This document shows positions 8,346 to 17,687 of a DNA stretch of 64,000 bases, piece after piece. The position numbers were made by a program, and so were the translations under genes. Under the pieces are notes generated by a model that was given only the letters and a program-made list of their open reading frames with translations, searched no databases and had not been told where the DNA came from. The first letter of the stretch is position 1, and each line of letters starts with the position of its first letter. Source of the stretch: Candidatus Kaiserbacteria bacterium. GTDB lineage: Bacteria > Patescibacteriota > Minisyncoccia > Phycocordibacterales > Phycocordibacteraceae. The stretch spans positions 2,955 through 66,954 of the forward strand of contig DAIDIW010000005.1 in assembly GCA_027451665.1 (NCBI GenBank), in the 5' to 3' direction.

Positions 8346-8532
8346 TTCCCTAGACCGAGAAGCCTCCGTCTGATTTTCGGAAACTCGCCCAAAGCCCCTT
8401 AAACTGCCTCGCAGGGCAAAGTTCGAGACCGGGTCGGGGCGTGATTTATCCGCATAAGCCTACGATAAGGAGGCGCGCCAAGCGTCTTCAACAGTGCATC
8501 AGGGGGCCTTTACGTTCTATACTGCGAAGGTT

Positions 8533-9549
8533 ATGCAACGGGTACGCACCTACCTCATTTCCGCACTCATCCCCGTGTTGCTCCTTGCGCCGTCGGCGGT
8601 TTCCGCCGCATCGCTCACGAGTGCGCAATCAGGCGCGATCGTCGGGCTCTTACGTGCTTTCGGCGTCGACGCCGCTATACTTACGCGCGTCGAGAACCTT
8701 CTCGGCGCGGCAGCGGTTACGGCGATCCCCGACGCGACCGACCCAGTAACGGCTCCGGTTCCCACAAAGAGCACCCGCGTGCCGGTCATCGGCAGCGCGT
8801 ATCCATCGAGCGCTATCGGATACGATCTCTCCTTCGGCACGACCGCTTATCCAGTTGACCGATTCGGCTTCGCGGTAGTGGGCGTCAATCGGGGGAAGGC
8901 GTTCGTGCATAATTCCCGGCTTACATCTGAATACGACTGGGCGCATTTCGCATCAGCGGTCGCGCCGACCATCTATATGAATATCAACGGGCCCTATGGG
9001 AGCACCGTTGCCGGGCATCTCTCAACTCCAAAGAATTGCTCGCACGCCACGTCTACGCCCGCGAGCGATTTCACACCCACCGTCGCGAGCCGTGGCACGG
9101 AACAGTACCCCGAGCCGTCTGTCTGTGAGGCATACAACTACGGGTACAACGCTGCGCAAGACGCGTATGCATATGCGCAGAGCTCAAAAGTGCTCGATAC
9201 CTTCTGGTGGCTCGATGTAGAAGAAGCGAATAGCTGGTCCGCAAATCCGGCGGTAAACGACGCAGTAATCCAGGGGGCACTCGATTATCTGAATAAGCAG
9301 GGACTTAAGGCCGGTATCTACTCAGTGCCGTACATGTGGCGCGAGATAGCGGGCGCGGGATTCACGCCGACGGAACGCGTGAACGGAACGGCATTTCCCG
9401 TCCCGACCTGGTTCCCGATTGGCATCGCGACCCAGGTGACCGCGACGAATGCATGCAATACGGAGACGAGCTTCATTCCCGGAAGTCCGATCTGGGTACT
9501 TCAGTATGAGCTCGATCACACGGCCATAGATCAGAATATCGCATGCTGA
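8533..9549 (+). CDS. Secreted GH25/DUF1906-like glycoside hydrolase (muramidase-like TIM barrel)
   Basis: Signal peptide, then GYDLSF, WWLDVEEANSW, GIYS, WVLQY...DQNIAC. Confidence 0.7.
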   Translation: MQRVRTYLISALIPVLLLAPSAVSAASLTSAQSGAIVGLLRAFGVDAAILTRVENLLGAAAVTAIPDATDPVTAPVPTKSTRVPVIGSAYPSSAIGYDLSFGTTAYPVDRFGFAVVGVNRGKAFVHNSRLTSEYDWAHFASAVAPTIYMNINGPYGSTVAGHLSTPKNCSHATSTPASDFTPTVASRGTEQYPEPSVCEAYNYGYNAAQDAYAYAQSSKVLDTFWWLDVEEANSWSANPAVNDAVIQGALDYLNKQGLKAGIYSVPYMWREIAGAGFTPTERVNGTAFPVPTWFPIGIATQVTATNACNTETSFIPGSPIWVLQYELDHTAIDQNIAC

Positions 9550-9554
9550 TAAAG

Positions 9555-9580
9555 AGAAGAGCCGCCGAAGCGGCTCTTCT
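9555..9580. terminator. Intrinsic terminator between convergent GH25-like gene and tRNA-Leu
   Basis: AGAAGAGCCGC-cgaa-GCGGCTCTTCT. Confidence 0.7.
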
Positions 9581-9587
9581 CGTATAG

Positions 9588-9671
9588 TGGGCATGAGAGG
9601 ACTCGAACCTCCACCCCCTTGCGAGGACTGCGACCTGAACGCAGCGCGGCTACCAATTACGCCACATGCCC
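9588..9671 (-). tRNA. tRNA-Leu(CAG)
   Basis: GGGCATG acceptor stem, CTGCG-TTCAGGT-CGCAG anticodon arm, long variable arm, GGTTCGAGTCC; no CCA encoded. Confidence 0.95.
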
Positions 9672-9727
9672 GGCACACAAAGACAATAATCGCGAAACGC
9701 GTATGCGTCTAGCGGGTTTTGCCTCGG

Positions 9728-9800
9728 TGCGCGGTGAGGGACTCGAACCCCCGACCATCCCGGTGTAAACGGGGTGCTCTACCAACTGAGCTAACCGCGC
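9728..9800 (-). tRNA. tRNA-Val(TAC)
   Basis: GCGCGGTTAGCTCAGTTGGTAGAGC...TTTACAC...GGTTCGAGTCCC. Confidence 0.95.
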
Positions 9801-9902
9801 GCAGAAACACGATAACGTATCATGCCTGCGAGAGCCAGTTGCATGGGCCTCCTCACGACTGCCGGCGTTCATTTTTCAGCCTGCATGCCGTAGGGTAACG
9901 GT

Positions 9903-10643
9903 ATGGAACCTCGGATCCTCTATGAAGATGCGGACATACTCGTGATCGATAAGCCGGCCGGGCTTATCGTGCATAGCGACGGCCGTACGGACGAACCCTC
10001 GGTGGCCGAGTGGGCGGTCGCACACTATCCGCAGATGGAGCAGGTGGGCGAGCCGTGGACGAGCCCGCAAGGAAAGGTCGTTCCCCGTCCGGGCATCGTG
10101 CATCGTCTCGATCGCGATACCTCGGGCGTCATGATCCTCGCCAAGACGGCTCCAGCGTACGCGTTTCTCAAGCGGCAATTCCAGGAGCGCACGACGGAAA
10201 AGACATATCGGATGTTCGTATACGGCCATCCGTCGCGCGACGCGGGGACGATCGAAGCCGAAATCGTCCGTATTCGTTCCGCGCCGCCGCGCTGGGGCGT
10301 AGCGCGCGCGGGAGAGGAAAAGAGACAGCGCATTGCCGTCACGGCCTGGAAGGTGCTTTCCCGCAATCGCGACGCCGGAACAGGAGAGAAGGTCGCGTTC
10401 ATGGAAGCAAGACCGCAGACGGGTCGGACCCATCAGATTCGCGTTCACCTGAAACATCTGAATCATCCAGTCATCTGTGACAAGCTCTATGCGAAAGGAC
10501 GGCCCTGCCTACTCGGCTTCTCCCGCCAGGCGCTCCATGCCGCGACACTCAGCCTCGCGCTCCCTTCGGGAGAGACGCGCGTCTTCGAAGCGCCCTTGCC
10601 CGAAGACTTCACTCGAGCGCTCGCTGTGTGTGAGCCGGCCTAA
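9903..10643 (+). CDS. RluA-family 23S pseudouridine synthase
   Basis: DKPAGLIVH, HRLDRDTSG, TGRTHQIRVH. Confidence 0.95.
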   Translation: MEPRILYEDADILVIDKPAGLIVHSDGRTDEPSVAEWAVAHYPQMEQVGEPWTSPQGKVVPRPGIVHRLDRDTSGVMILAKTAPAYAFLKRQFQERTTEKTYRMFVYGHPSRDAGTIEAEIVRIRSAPPRWGVARAGEEKRQRIAVTAWKVLSRNRDAGTGEKVAFMEARPQTGRTHQIRVHLKHLNHPVICDKLYAKGRPCLLGFSRQALHAATLSLALPSGETRVFEAPLPEDFTRALAVCEPA

Positions 10644-10683
10644 TTTTGCTTTTTGCGGGCCCAAGTGTTACAGTCTGGCCACT

Positions 10684-11160
10684 ATGCAGAACGTGCTTAC
10701 TCCCGTACACGCCGCAGGCCGTGCCGAGCTCGGAATCCGTCCGGGCGATACGGTGCGTGTCATCCAAAACATTGTCGAGCTCAAGAAGGGGAAGGGCGCC
10801 GATAAGAAGGAGAAGACGCTCACGAATTCCCGCAAGCAGGCATTCGAGGGTCTCGTGCTTTCTGTAAAGCACGGCACGGAAGCCGGCTCCACCTTCACCG
10901 TACGCACGACGCTCTCGGGCGTTGGCGTTGAGAAGACGTTCCCGCTCTACGCGCCGACGATTGATTCAATCGAGATAGTGAAGCGCTCAAAGGTACGCCG
11001 CGCGAAGCTCTATTTCATTCGTGAGAAGGCGGCGAAGCAGGTACGTCGCCAGCTCCGCAATGCACGCATGATGCACGTGAAGAGCGATGAGACGCTCCCG
11101 CAGGCAGAGCCGGAAGCGGCGCCGGAAGCATCCGAGGCCGTTCCGGAAACGGCAGCGTAA
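10684..11160 (+). CDS. rplS: 50S ribosomal protein L19
   Basis: RPGDTVRV, QAFEGLV, GVGVEKTFP, KVRRAKLYFIR; start moved to ATG 10684. Confidence 0.95.
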   Translation: MQNVLTPVHAAGRAELGIRPGDTVRVIQNIVELKKGKGADKKEKTLTNSRKQAFEGLVLSVKHGTEAGSTFTVRTTLSGVGVEKTFPLYAPTIDSIEIVKRSKVRRAKLYFIREKAAKQVRRQLRNARMMHVKSDETLPQAEPEAAPEASEAVPETAA

Positions 11161-11226
11161 GGTTTACGCGCGAAGCGCCCGGAAAGCGCTTTGCGCTTTC
11201 CGGGTTTTCGTTTATAGTTCTCGCAC

Positions 11227-11311
11227 GCGCAGGTGGCGAAATTGGTAGACGCACTACCTTGAGGTGGTAGCCCCGGTTAACGGGATGGAGGTTCGAGTCC
11301 TCTCCTGCGCA
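11227..11311 (+). tRNA. tRNA-Leu(GAG)
   Basis: CTACC-TTGAGGT-GGTAG anticodon arm, long variable arm, GGTTCGAGTCC. Confidence 0.95.
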
Positions 11312-11396
11312 CCGCAATAGAAAACTGGCTGGCGCCAGGTGCCCTAAGGTAGAGCGAGTAGAGGGCGAGGGATACGCCGTTTGTTATCATGCGGCC

Positions 11397-11930
11397 ATGG
11401 CACTCTTTTCCGGAAAGGGCGATGACGGCACGACGAATGCGATCGATTCTCCCGATCGCATCTCGAAGGCATCGCCCCTTCCGGAAGCCTTAGGCACGCT
11501 CGATGAACTGAACGCATTCCTCGGATTCGTCCGTGTTCGCGCACAAGGAAGCGGCCGCATCGCGCAGATCCTCCGCGATACCCAGGAGAAGCTCTTCATT
11601 GTGCAGGCGCAGCTTGCGGGGAGCCCCATGCGATTACCCGAGAGGACGGTCGCGGGCGTCGAGGAGATCGTGAACGAAGTGGAGGAGGAGATTCCGCCCT
11701 TGAAAGGATTCTCGATCGCCGGCGGTACCGAATTATCTGCACTGCTCGATGTCGCGCGTACCAACGCGCGTCGCGTCGAGCGCCGCGCGACAGCGGTACA
11801 GGACGCGGGCATTCGCGATATTCCCGACGAGACGAAAGCGTATTTAAATCGTCTCTCCTCGCTTCTGTTCGCGCTCGCCCGTCTTGCCAATCACGAAGCG
11901 GGCGTGGCGGAAGAGAATCCTCGCTACTAG
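11397..11930 (+). CDS. PduO-type ATP:cob(I)alamin adenosyltransferase
   Basis: GKGDDGTT, GTLDELNAFLG, ARTNARRVER, YLNRLSSLLFALAR. Confidence 0.9.
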   Translation: MALFSGKGDDGTTNAIDSPDRISKASPLPEALGTLDELNAFLGFVRVRAQGSGRIAQILRDTQEKLFIVQAQLAGSPMRLPERTVAGVEEIVNEVEEEIPPLKGFSIAGGTELSALLDVARTNARRVERRATAVQDAGIRDIPDETKAYLNRLSSLLFALARLANHEAGVAEENPRY

Positions 11931-11982
11931 CATGTCCGAGCGTGAACCGGACATTCATGTTATAAATCTCCCGTTCGCGCAT

Positions 11983-12056
11983 GGCGGCGTTAGCTCAGTT
12001 GGTAGAGCTCTCGGTTGTGGTCCGAGCGGTCGTGGGTTCGAGTCCCACACGTCGCC
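11983..12056 (+). tRNA. tRNA-His(GTG)
   Basis: G-1:C73 pair, CTCGG-TTGTGGT-CCGAG anticodon arm. Confidence 0.95.
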
Positions 12057-12075
12057 CAGAAATCGTCTTCCGATG

Positions 12076-12108
12076 AGCAAAGCCGCGGCGTCTCGCCGCG
12101 GCTTTGCT
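12076..12108 (+). terminator. Terminator hairpin after tRNA-His
   Basis: AGCAAAGCCGCGGC...GCCGCGGCTTTGCT. Confidence 0.7.
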
Positions 12109-12119
12109 ATTATTTGAGT

Positions 12120-12503
12120 ATGAACATGTGGAAAGAATTCAAGACCTTCGCGCTGCGCGGCAACGCGCTCGACCTCGCGGTAGGCGTTGTGATCGGCGGC
12201 GCATTCACGGCCATCGTGAACTCCCTCGTGAACGACATCATCCTCCCGCCGTTCGGCGCGGCGCTCGGCGGAGTCAAATTCTCAGAACTTACGCTTCCCT
12301 TAGGAGGCACTGCGGTTCTGCAGTACGGGCTTTTCATACAAGCGATCGTGAATTTTGCCGCCATAGCCTTCGGGCTCTTCATCATCGTGCAGGTCATCAA
12401 TCATCTTTTCCGTAAGCGCGAGACGCCACCTGCTGCGCCTCTGAAGAAGAGCGATGAGCTTGTCGTGCTGGAACAGATCCGCGACGCGCTCAAGACGTAT
12501 TGA
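12120..12503 (+). CDS. mscL: Large-conductance mechanosensitive channel
   Basis: EFKTFALRGNALDLAVGVVIGGAF...LEQIRDAL. Confidence 0.95.
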   Translation: MNMWKEFKTFALRGNALDLAVGVVIGGAFTAIVNSLVNDIILPPFGAALGGVKFSELTLPLGGTAVLQYGLFIQAIVNFAAIAFGLFIIVQVINHLFRKRETPPAAPLKKSDELVVLEQIRDALKTY

Positions 12504-12613
12504 AGTACACGCGCCGGGCGGCTCACGGGCGAGACGCGGTCGCGAACGTGTCTGCGCCAAGTGCTCAGCCTACCGCAGACATCCCATCTACGGCGGGTGG
12601 TATGATTCGCATT

Positions 12614-13261
12614 ATGAGAAATCTCCTCCTCGGGATACTGGTGATTATCCTGGTCGGCGTCGGCGGGTTGATCTACCGCAATGCGGCCGAACATCCGTAT
12701 CAGCAGATCGCGTGCCCGCTCGACGCAAAGATATGCCCGGACGGTACGAGTCTGTCGCGCACCGGTTCCTCTTGTACGTTCCCCGCGTGTCCGCCGCCGA
12801 ACGTTTCGCTCGATTCCATTAGTATCGCGTACGCGATCCCGAACGGATTCTCGGACGCCGCACTCCCGGATGCTGCCGCAGTCGCCTCCTACGACGAACC
12901 CAGCGCCTCCTCGACCGAACCGGACTCGATCATCATTCGTCGATACCTGATCGCGGCCTCCTCGACACCGCTTGCTACCATCCAGGGGACCGCCATTGGT
13001 GGCGCTTCCGGCGCGCCCGTTCCGACCACCAGCTATTCTTCGACAGTGATCGGTACGCACCGGTTCACGGTCGTATCCATTGAGCGCTATGAGGGAATCA
13101 TCGATACCGCCTACTATCTCGCGCGTCCAGATTCGGGCGACGTGCTCCGGTTTGATGCGATCGACCGTAATGTGTCGAACTGGACTGATCCGGCACTCGA
13201 CGAGAACTCGCTGCCTGCGCATGCGGCGCTCCGTACGCTACTCCTCAATCTGCAGGCGTAG
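12614..13261 (+). CDS. Membrane-anchored exported protein with a Cys-rich module
   Basis: N-terminal TM, then ACPLDAKICPDGTSLSRTGSSCTFPACP. Confidence 0.75.
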   Translation: MRNLLLGILVIILVGVGGLIYRNAAEHPYQQIACPLDAKICPDGTSLSRTGSSCTFPACPPPNVSLDSISIAYAIPNGFSDAALPDAAAVASYDEPSASSTEPDSIIIRRYLIAASSTPLATIQGTAIGGASGAPVPTTSYSSTVIGTHRFTVVSIERYEGIIDTAYYLARPDSGDVLRFDAIDRNVSNWTDPALDENSLPAHAALRTLLLNLQA

Positions 13262-13374
13262 GAGCTAAGGTTTCGGTGCCAAACGGTCTGGGAGGCATCG
13301 CACCCTCCCGCTGCCAGCGCTCGTGGCGGGCGGCGGTATACTATATCCATACCTACCGCATAATCACCTCGCCT

Positions 13375-14172
13375 ATGGACAACAAGGACTTCTTTTCAGA
13401 GATCGTGAGCAATGCAGGCGTACGCATCGCGCTTATCGGCGTGCTCGCAATTCTCGGCCTGTTCCTCGTCGCAGAGACAGTAAACCTCGCGCAGAATTTC
13501 GGCCGGCCGAGCAATCCGGCGACGGACACCGTCACCGTGAGCGCGAACGGACAGGCAACCTTGCCGCCGGACGTCGCGCGCATCTCCTTTACTGTGCAGA
13601 ATACGGCGAAGTCGGTTTCGGACGCGCAGGCTCAGACGACCAAACAGGCAAATGACGCTCTCGATTATGTGAAAGGGCAGGGAATCGCTGACAAGGATGT
13701 GAAAACGCTCTCGTATACCATCACGCCGCAGTATGCCTATCAGACTTGTCCGCCGGGCATCTTCTGTCCGGCGACATCGAGAAAGCTCACCGGATATGAG
13801 GTGGCGGAGAATATCCAGGTGACCGTCCGTGATCTCACGAAGGTCGGTACGCTCCTTTCGGGGCTCGGTTCGCTACAGGTGCAGAATATCAGCGGTCCGT
13901 CCTTCGGCCTTGATGACCCGACGGCTGGCTACGATGCGGCGCGTGCGGATGCTATCGCGAAGGCTAAGGCGCAGGCCAAGGCGCTCGAACAGGAACTCGG
14001 CGTCACATTCGGCGGCATTGTGAACTTCTCGGAGTCGAACGGCTCCGCGCCGCAGCCTCTCATGTATGCCGCGAGCGCGGGCGCAGTAAATAAGACCGCT
14101 GGGACGCCGGAGGTTCCTCCGGGGGAGAACACGTATAACGCTTCCGTCTCGATCACGTACGAGATCCGCTGA
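13375..14172 (+). CDS. SIMPL/DUF541 (YggE-like) periplasmic protein
   Basis: TVSANGQATLPPDVA...AIAKAKAQA...PGENTYNASVSITYEI. Confidence 0.9.
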   Translation: MDNKDFFSEIVSNAGVRIALIGVLAILGLFLVAETVNLAQNFGRPSNPATDTVTVSANGQATLPPDVARISFTVQNTAKSVSDAQAQTTKQANDALDYVKGQGIADKDVKTLSYTITPQYAYQTCPPGIFCPATSRKLTGYEVAENIQVTVRDLTKVGTLLSGLGSLQVQNISGPSFGLDDPTAGYDAARADAIAKAKAQAKALEQELGVTFGGIVNFSESNGSAPQPLMYAASAGAVNKTAGTPEVPPGENTYNASVSITYEIR

Positions 14173-14189
14173 GATCTTGCGGAGCACGG

Positions 14190-14230
14190 AAGCGCACAAC
14201 AACCCGCTCAGAGCGGGTTGTTGTGCGCTT
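14190..14230 (+). terminator. 19-bp perfect hairpin after the SIMPL gene
   Basis: AAGCGCACAACAACCCGCT-cag-AGCGGGTTGTTGTGCGCTT. Confidence 0.7.
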
Positions 14231-14257
14231 GACGCCTCATCGGAGGCGTACTATCAT
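14229..14257 (+). promoter_or_regulatory. Sigma70 promoter for secE-nusG-rplK
   Basis: TTGACG-N17-TATCAT. Confidence 0.65.
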
Positions 14258-14313
14258 GGTGCACACAAAAGCCCCCGCGCGGGGTTTTTAATTTGGAAAC
14301 CTTACTCTCCGCT

Positions 14314-14499
14314 ATGAACGCTCTCACCACCTACTTGAAGCACGTACGCGACGAATTCCAGCATATCGTCTGGCCCTCTCGCGAGACGGCCATCGCGCAT
14401 ACGCTCGTCGTGATCCTCATCGCCCTCGTGATTGCGGTGCTGGTCGGAGTGCTCGATTATCTCTTCGGCGGGGTTGTGAGTCACGTTGTCGGCGCCTAA
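14314..14499 (+). CDS. secE: Preprotein translocase SecE
   Basis: EFQHIVWPSR + single TM; upstream of nusG. Confidence 0.9.
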   Translation: MNALTTYLKHVRDEFQHIVWPSRETAIAHTLVVILIALVIAVLVGVLDYLFGGVVSHVVGA

Positions 14500-14510
14500 C
14501 CTCGAGATCT

Positions 14511-15158
14511 ATGGATGAACAGCAGCATCAACAGGATGAAGCGGCAGATGTCTTGACGGACGGCGAGATTGGCATGGCCGATATAGCGCCGAGCGTTAAG
14601 AAGGAGATAAAGGATGAGACGAAACCGAATCCGTTGGAGGCGCGTTGGTACACTATCCACACGTATGCCGGCTATGAGGGCGCGGTGGAACGCAATCTGA
14701 AGCAGCGTATCGACTCGCTCGGCATGGAGGACAAGATTTTCGACGTGGTCGTTCCGACCGAAAAAAAGATTCGCGTGAAAGGCGGCAAGCGCGTTGTCGA
14801 AGAGGAGAAGATCTACCCGGGGTATGTGCTCGTCCGCATGATCGTGGACGACGATTCCTGGTTCGTGGTTCGCAACACGCCGCGCGTGACCGGCTTCGTC
14901 GGCTCCGGCAATACGCCGGTACCGATGGATGAAGCGGAGGTCGCTTCGCTTATGAAGCGCATGACGGCCGAGGCTCCGAAGCATCGCATCGATCTCATGA
15001 AGGATGATCCGGTCGTCATCGCGGACGGCCCCTTCAAGGACCTCGAAGGCAAGGTGGGCGACATCGACGAAGAGCGCGGGAAGGTGAAGGTCATGGTCTC
15101 CATGTTCGGCCGTGAGACGCCAGTCGAGCTCGATTTCTTGCAGGTCCGCAAGCTGTAG
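14511..15158 (+). CDS. nusG: Transcription termination/antitermination factor NusG
   Basis: WYTIHTYAGYE, YPGYVLV, VRNTPRVTGF, MFGRETPVEL. Confidence 0.97.
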   Translation: MDEQQHQQDEAADVLTDGEIGMADIAPSVKKEIKDETKPNPLEARWYTIHTYAGYEGAVERNLKQRIDSLGMEDKIFDVVVPTEKKIRVKGGKRVVEEEKIYPGYVLVRMIVDDDSWFVVRNTPRVTGFVGSGNTPVPMDEAEVASLMKRMTAEAPKHRIDLMKDDPVVIADGPFKDLEGKVGDIDEERGKVKVMVSMFGRETPVELDFLQVRKL

Positions 15159-15199
15159 TAGCGTTTTCCCTCATTTTCTAGTAAAGTCACGACACTCAT

Positions 15200-15619
15200 A
15201 TGGCAACCGTAGTAAAGAAGATCAAGCTCCAGATTCCGGGCGGCGCAGCGACGCCTGCGCCGCCGGTAGGTACCGCGCTCGGCCCGGCTGGCGTGAACAT
15301 CGGTCAATTCGTGACCCAGTTCAACGACGCGACCAAGGATAAGCGCGGCACCATCATCCCGGTAGAGCTCTCGGTCTACGACGACCGTTCGTTCACGTTT
15401 ATCCTAAAGAATCCGCCGATGTCCCGCCTCATCCTGAAGGCGCTCGGCGTCGAGAAGGGTTCGAGCAAGGCGCCGCAGCAGAAAGTCGGCACCCTGAACC
15501 GGGCGCAGGTGAAGGCTATCGCCGAAGAGAAGATGCCGGATTTGAACGCCGGTTCGCAGGAGGCCGCTGAGCGTATCGTCGAAGGTACGGCGCGTTCGAT
15601 GGGCGTCGAGGTGAAGTAA
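15200..15619 (+). CDS. rplK: 50S ribosomal protein L11
   Basis: [19 protein letters not shown]. Confidence 0.97.
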   Translation: MATVVKKIKLQIPGGAATPAPPVGTALGPAGVNIGQFVTQFNDATKDKRGTIIPVELSVYDDRSFTFILKNPPMSRLILKALGVEKGSSKAPQQKVGTLNRAQVKAIAEEKMPDLNAGSQEAAERIVEGTARSMGVEVK

Positions 15620-15631
15620 TGATTTCTCTTG

Positions 15632-15665
15632 AAAAGGGCCGGAGCAGCTGCTCCGGCCCTTTTTG
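15632..15665. terminator. Bidirectional terminator right after rplK
   Basis: AAAAGGGCCGGAGC-agct-GCTCCGGCCCTTTTT. Confidence 0.8.
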
Positions 15666-15668
15666 CAT

Positions 15669-16427
15669 TCAGAGATGCGCAATAGCGGTATGTGCAAAGA
15701 ACACGCTCGCGCGTCGTCCGTCCGGTTCGCAGGCAGGGACTTCGTAAGTCCCATGTACGATCGGCCTGACAAGCCCGCCGGTCATCTTATAGAACTTGAG
15801 TCCAGGGAAGACGGCAGCGTAGCCCTTCGGGATGTGAAGCCGAAGCCGTTCCTGGGTGTCATGCGGAATGACGAAGAATCCCGGTCCCGTCTCGCTGTGG
15901 TGCAGCGAGACGAATGCGCGATCCGTATGAGGCGTGGCGGTCTCGACATCGTTACCGCGACGTCTTGCGTACACAAGCCCTCGATTCGGGTGGCGCAGAC
16001 CAAATGACTTGAATGAATCATAGATCCCCCGCTCGGGCATCAACTGTTCGAATGCACGCATGAGCTCATCAGTGAGCCGATACAGTGCATACCAGGACTC
16101 GGCTTGTGCGCGGAAAAAGTCATCCCATTCGTGTACTGGCGCGCCTTGCGACGCGAGTATGTCACGCGTCTTCGGCTCGAAATGGAAGACGTCTTTTCGC
16201 TCATCAGTGCGGTACTGTGAGAGCCCTCCGTCGTACTGACCTTTATGGTCGGGTTCGTACCCCCAGGCATGTTCCTTGATAGCGCCCTCTTGCCGCAAGC
16301 GGCCGAGGCGCGCGAGCTCTGCAAGCATGAAGCTAGTCTTCTCGGGACAATCCGGGGGGATGGGTACGAATCCGATACCCCCGTTTACCACGGCATACGC
16401 CGCGTCATGGATATCGGTCCTCCGCAT
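15669..16427 (-). CDS. 2-oxoglutarate/Fe(II) dioxygenase (IPNS-like)
   Basis: PHTDR (HxD), VHG (distal His), RRASVFF (RxS). Confidence 0.8.
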   Translation of the reverse strand: MRRTDIHDAAYAVVNGGIGFVPIPPDCPEKTSFMLAELARLGRLRQEGAIKEHAWGYEPDHKGQYDGGLSQYRTDERKDVFHFEPKTRDILASQGAPVHEWDDFFRAQAESWYALYRLTDELMRAFEQLMPERGIYDSFKSFGLRHPNRGLVYARRRGNDVETATPHTDRAFVSLHHSETGPGFFVIPHDTQERLRLHIPKGYAAVFPGLKFYKMTGGLVRPIVHGTYEVPACEPDGRRASVFFAHTAIAHL

Positions 16428-16509
16428 GAGCGGTCTCCTCGTAAGATCCTCTAGGCGCCAGTATAGGCGGTCAGAGGGGTCGTTTGTCCCCAGGTGGGGA
16501 AAGCGTCAC

Positions 16510-17022
16510 TTATCGGCCGAGGTCAAGGAAACGGTAGGCAAGGCCATCTTCCGACGCATGCGGCTCATCATGGAGCACGGTCGTGAAGTCGTCCGTATAT
16601 GCAGGGAAGAAGGTGTCACCTGTAGCATCGCTCTCGACAAGCGTGAGATAGAGCCGATCCGCAAACGGGAGCGCTGCGCGGTAGAGTTCTCCGCCGCCGA
16701 TGACGAAGATCTCGTCGGCACCCTCAGCGCGTTTGGCGAGCGAGAGCGCCTCGGGCAGCGAATGTGCGACCACTGCGCCCTCCGTGGGGTAGTCCTCGAT
16801 GCGGGTCACGATGATGTTCGTGCGTCCAGGCAAGGGCCGAAACTTCGACGGCAAGGAATCCCAGGTCTTCCGCCCCATGATGACCGGGTGGCCCTGCGTG
16901 AGCTGCTTAAAGCGCGCGAGATCTTCAGGAAGTTGCCAGAGGAGCTTGCCATCTTTGCCGATGGCGCGCGTATCCTTTCCGAATGCGGCGACGAGCGCGA
17001 TGTGCGAAGGGGGGTTTGGCAT
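16510..17022 (-). CDS. folA: Dihydrofolate reductase
   Basis: IGKDGKLLW, VIMGRKTWDS, RPLPGR, VIGGGELY, GDTFFP. Confidence 0.95.
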   Translation of the reverse strand: MPNPPSHIALVAAFGKDTRAIGKDGKLLWQLPEDLARFKQLTQGHPVIMGRKTWDSLPSKFRPLPGRTNIIVTRIEDYPTEGAVVAHSLPEALSLAKRAEGADEIFVIGGGELYRAALPFADRLYLTLVESDATGDTFFPAYTDDFTTVLHDEPHASEDGLAYRFLDLGR

Positions 17023-17057
17023 GGCCCAGAATTTACAGGTACTATGCATAATACCGT

Positions 17058-17687
17058 ATGGCTTCACATCCTGCGCAAGAGCGTATAGACCGAGTGCTCG
17101 CCGGCACCGCGAGCTTCGACGATCGATATATCGCTAATCACGCCGAGCTCGCGGCGTTCATCGATGAGTTGCGGGCACGAGAAGCCATTATCGCGTTTGC
17201 GACGGGAGTGTGGGATCTCTTCCATATCGGGCATGCCGAGTACATCCAGAAGGGCAAGAGCAAGGCGCGCGAACTCTATCCCGACGCGAAACACATCATT
17301 ATGGTAGTCGGCGTCGACACCGACGCGCTCACCAAGCAACGCAAGGGCCCGAAACGTCCGATCGTGCCTGAAGAAGAGCGCCGCCGCGTGCTCGGGCATC
17401 TGCGAAGCGTCGATATCATTACCCCGCAGTACGAGTTCAATCAGCTCTATGGGGTCGTGCGCCCGGATGTGCAGATTATCTCCACCTCGACGAAGGATCT
17501 CCCGGAAAATATCGACCATATCGCGCGGCACTGCCAGCACCTCGTGAATCTCGATCCGCAAGCGGAGACGAGCACGACAGCGCGCATCCGGACGCTTGCG
17601 CTCGATGGCAGCTTGACCGCGATCGAACGGGTCTCGAGCAAGCTCTTACAAGTGTTGGCAGAAGCGAAGGATGAACTCTCACCCTGA
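17058..17687 (+). CDS. Cytidylyl/adenylyltransferase (TagD/RfaE-II-like)
   Basis: GVWDLFHIGH, VGVDTD, KGPKRP, TSTT. Confidence 0.85.
   Translation: MASHPAQERIDRVLAGTASFDDRYIANHAELAAFIDELRAREAIIAFATGVWDLFHIGHAEYIQKGKSKARELYPDAKHIIMVVGVDTDALTKQRKGPKRPIVPEEERRRVLGHLRSVDIITPQYEFNQLYGVVRPDVQIISTSTKDLPENIDHIARHCQHLVNLDPQAETSTTARIRTLALDGSLTAIERVSSKLLQVLAEAKDELSP

Noticed and set aside
14267-14289. Terminator-like hairpin in the secE leader as an attenuator
   Set aside because: Short stem with no visible alternative structure or leader peptide; insufficient support.
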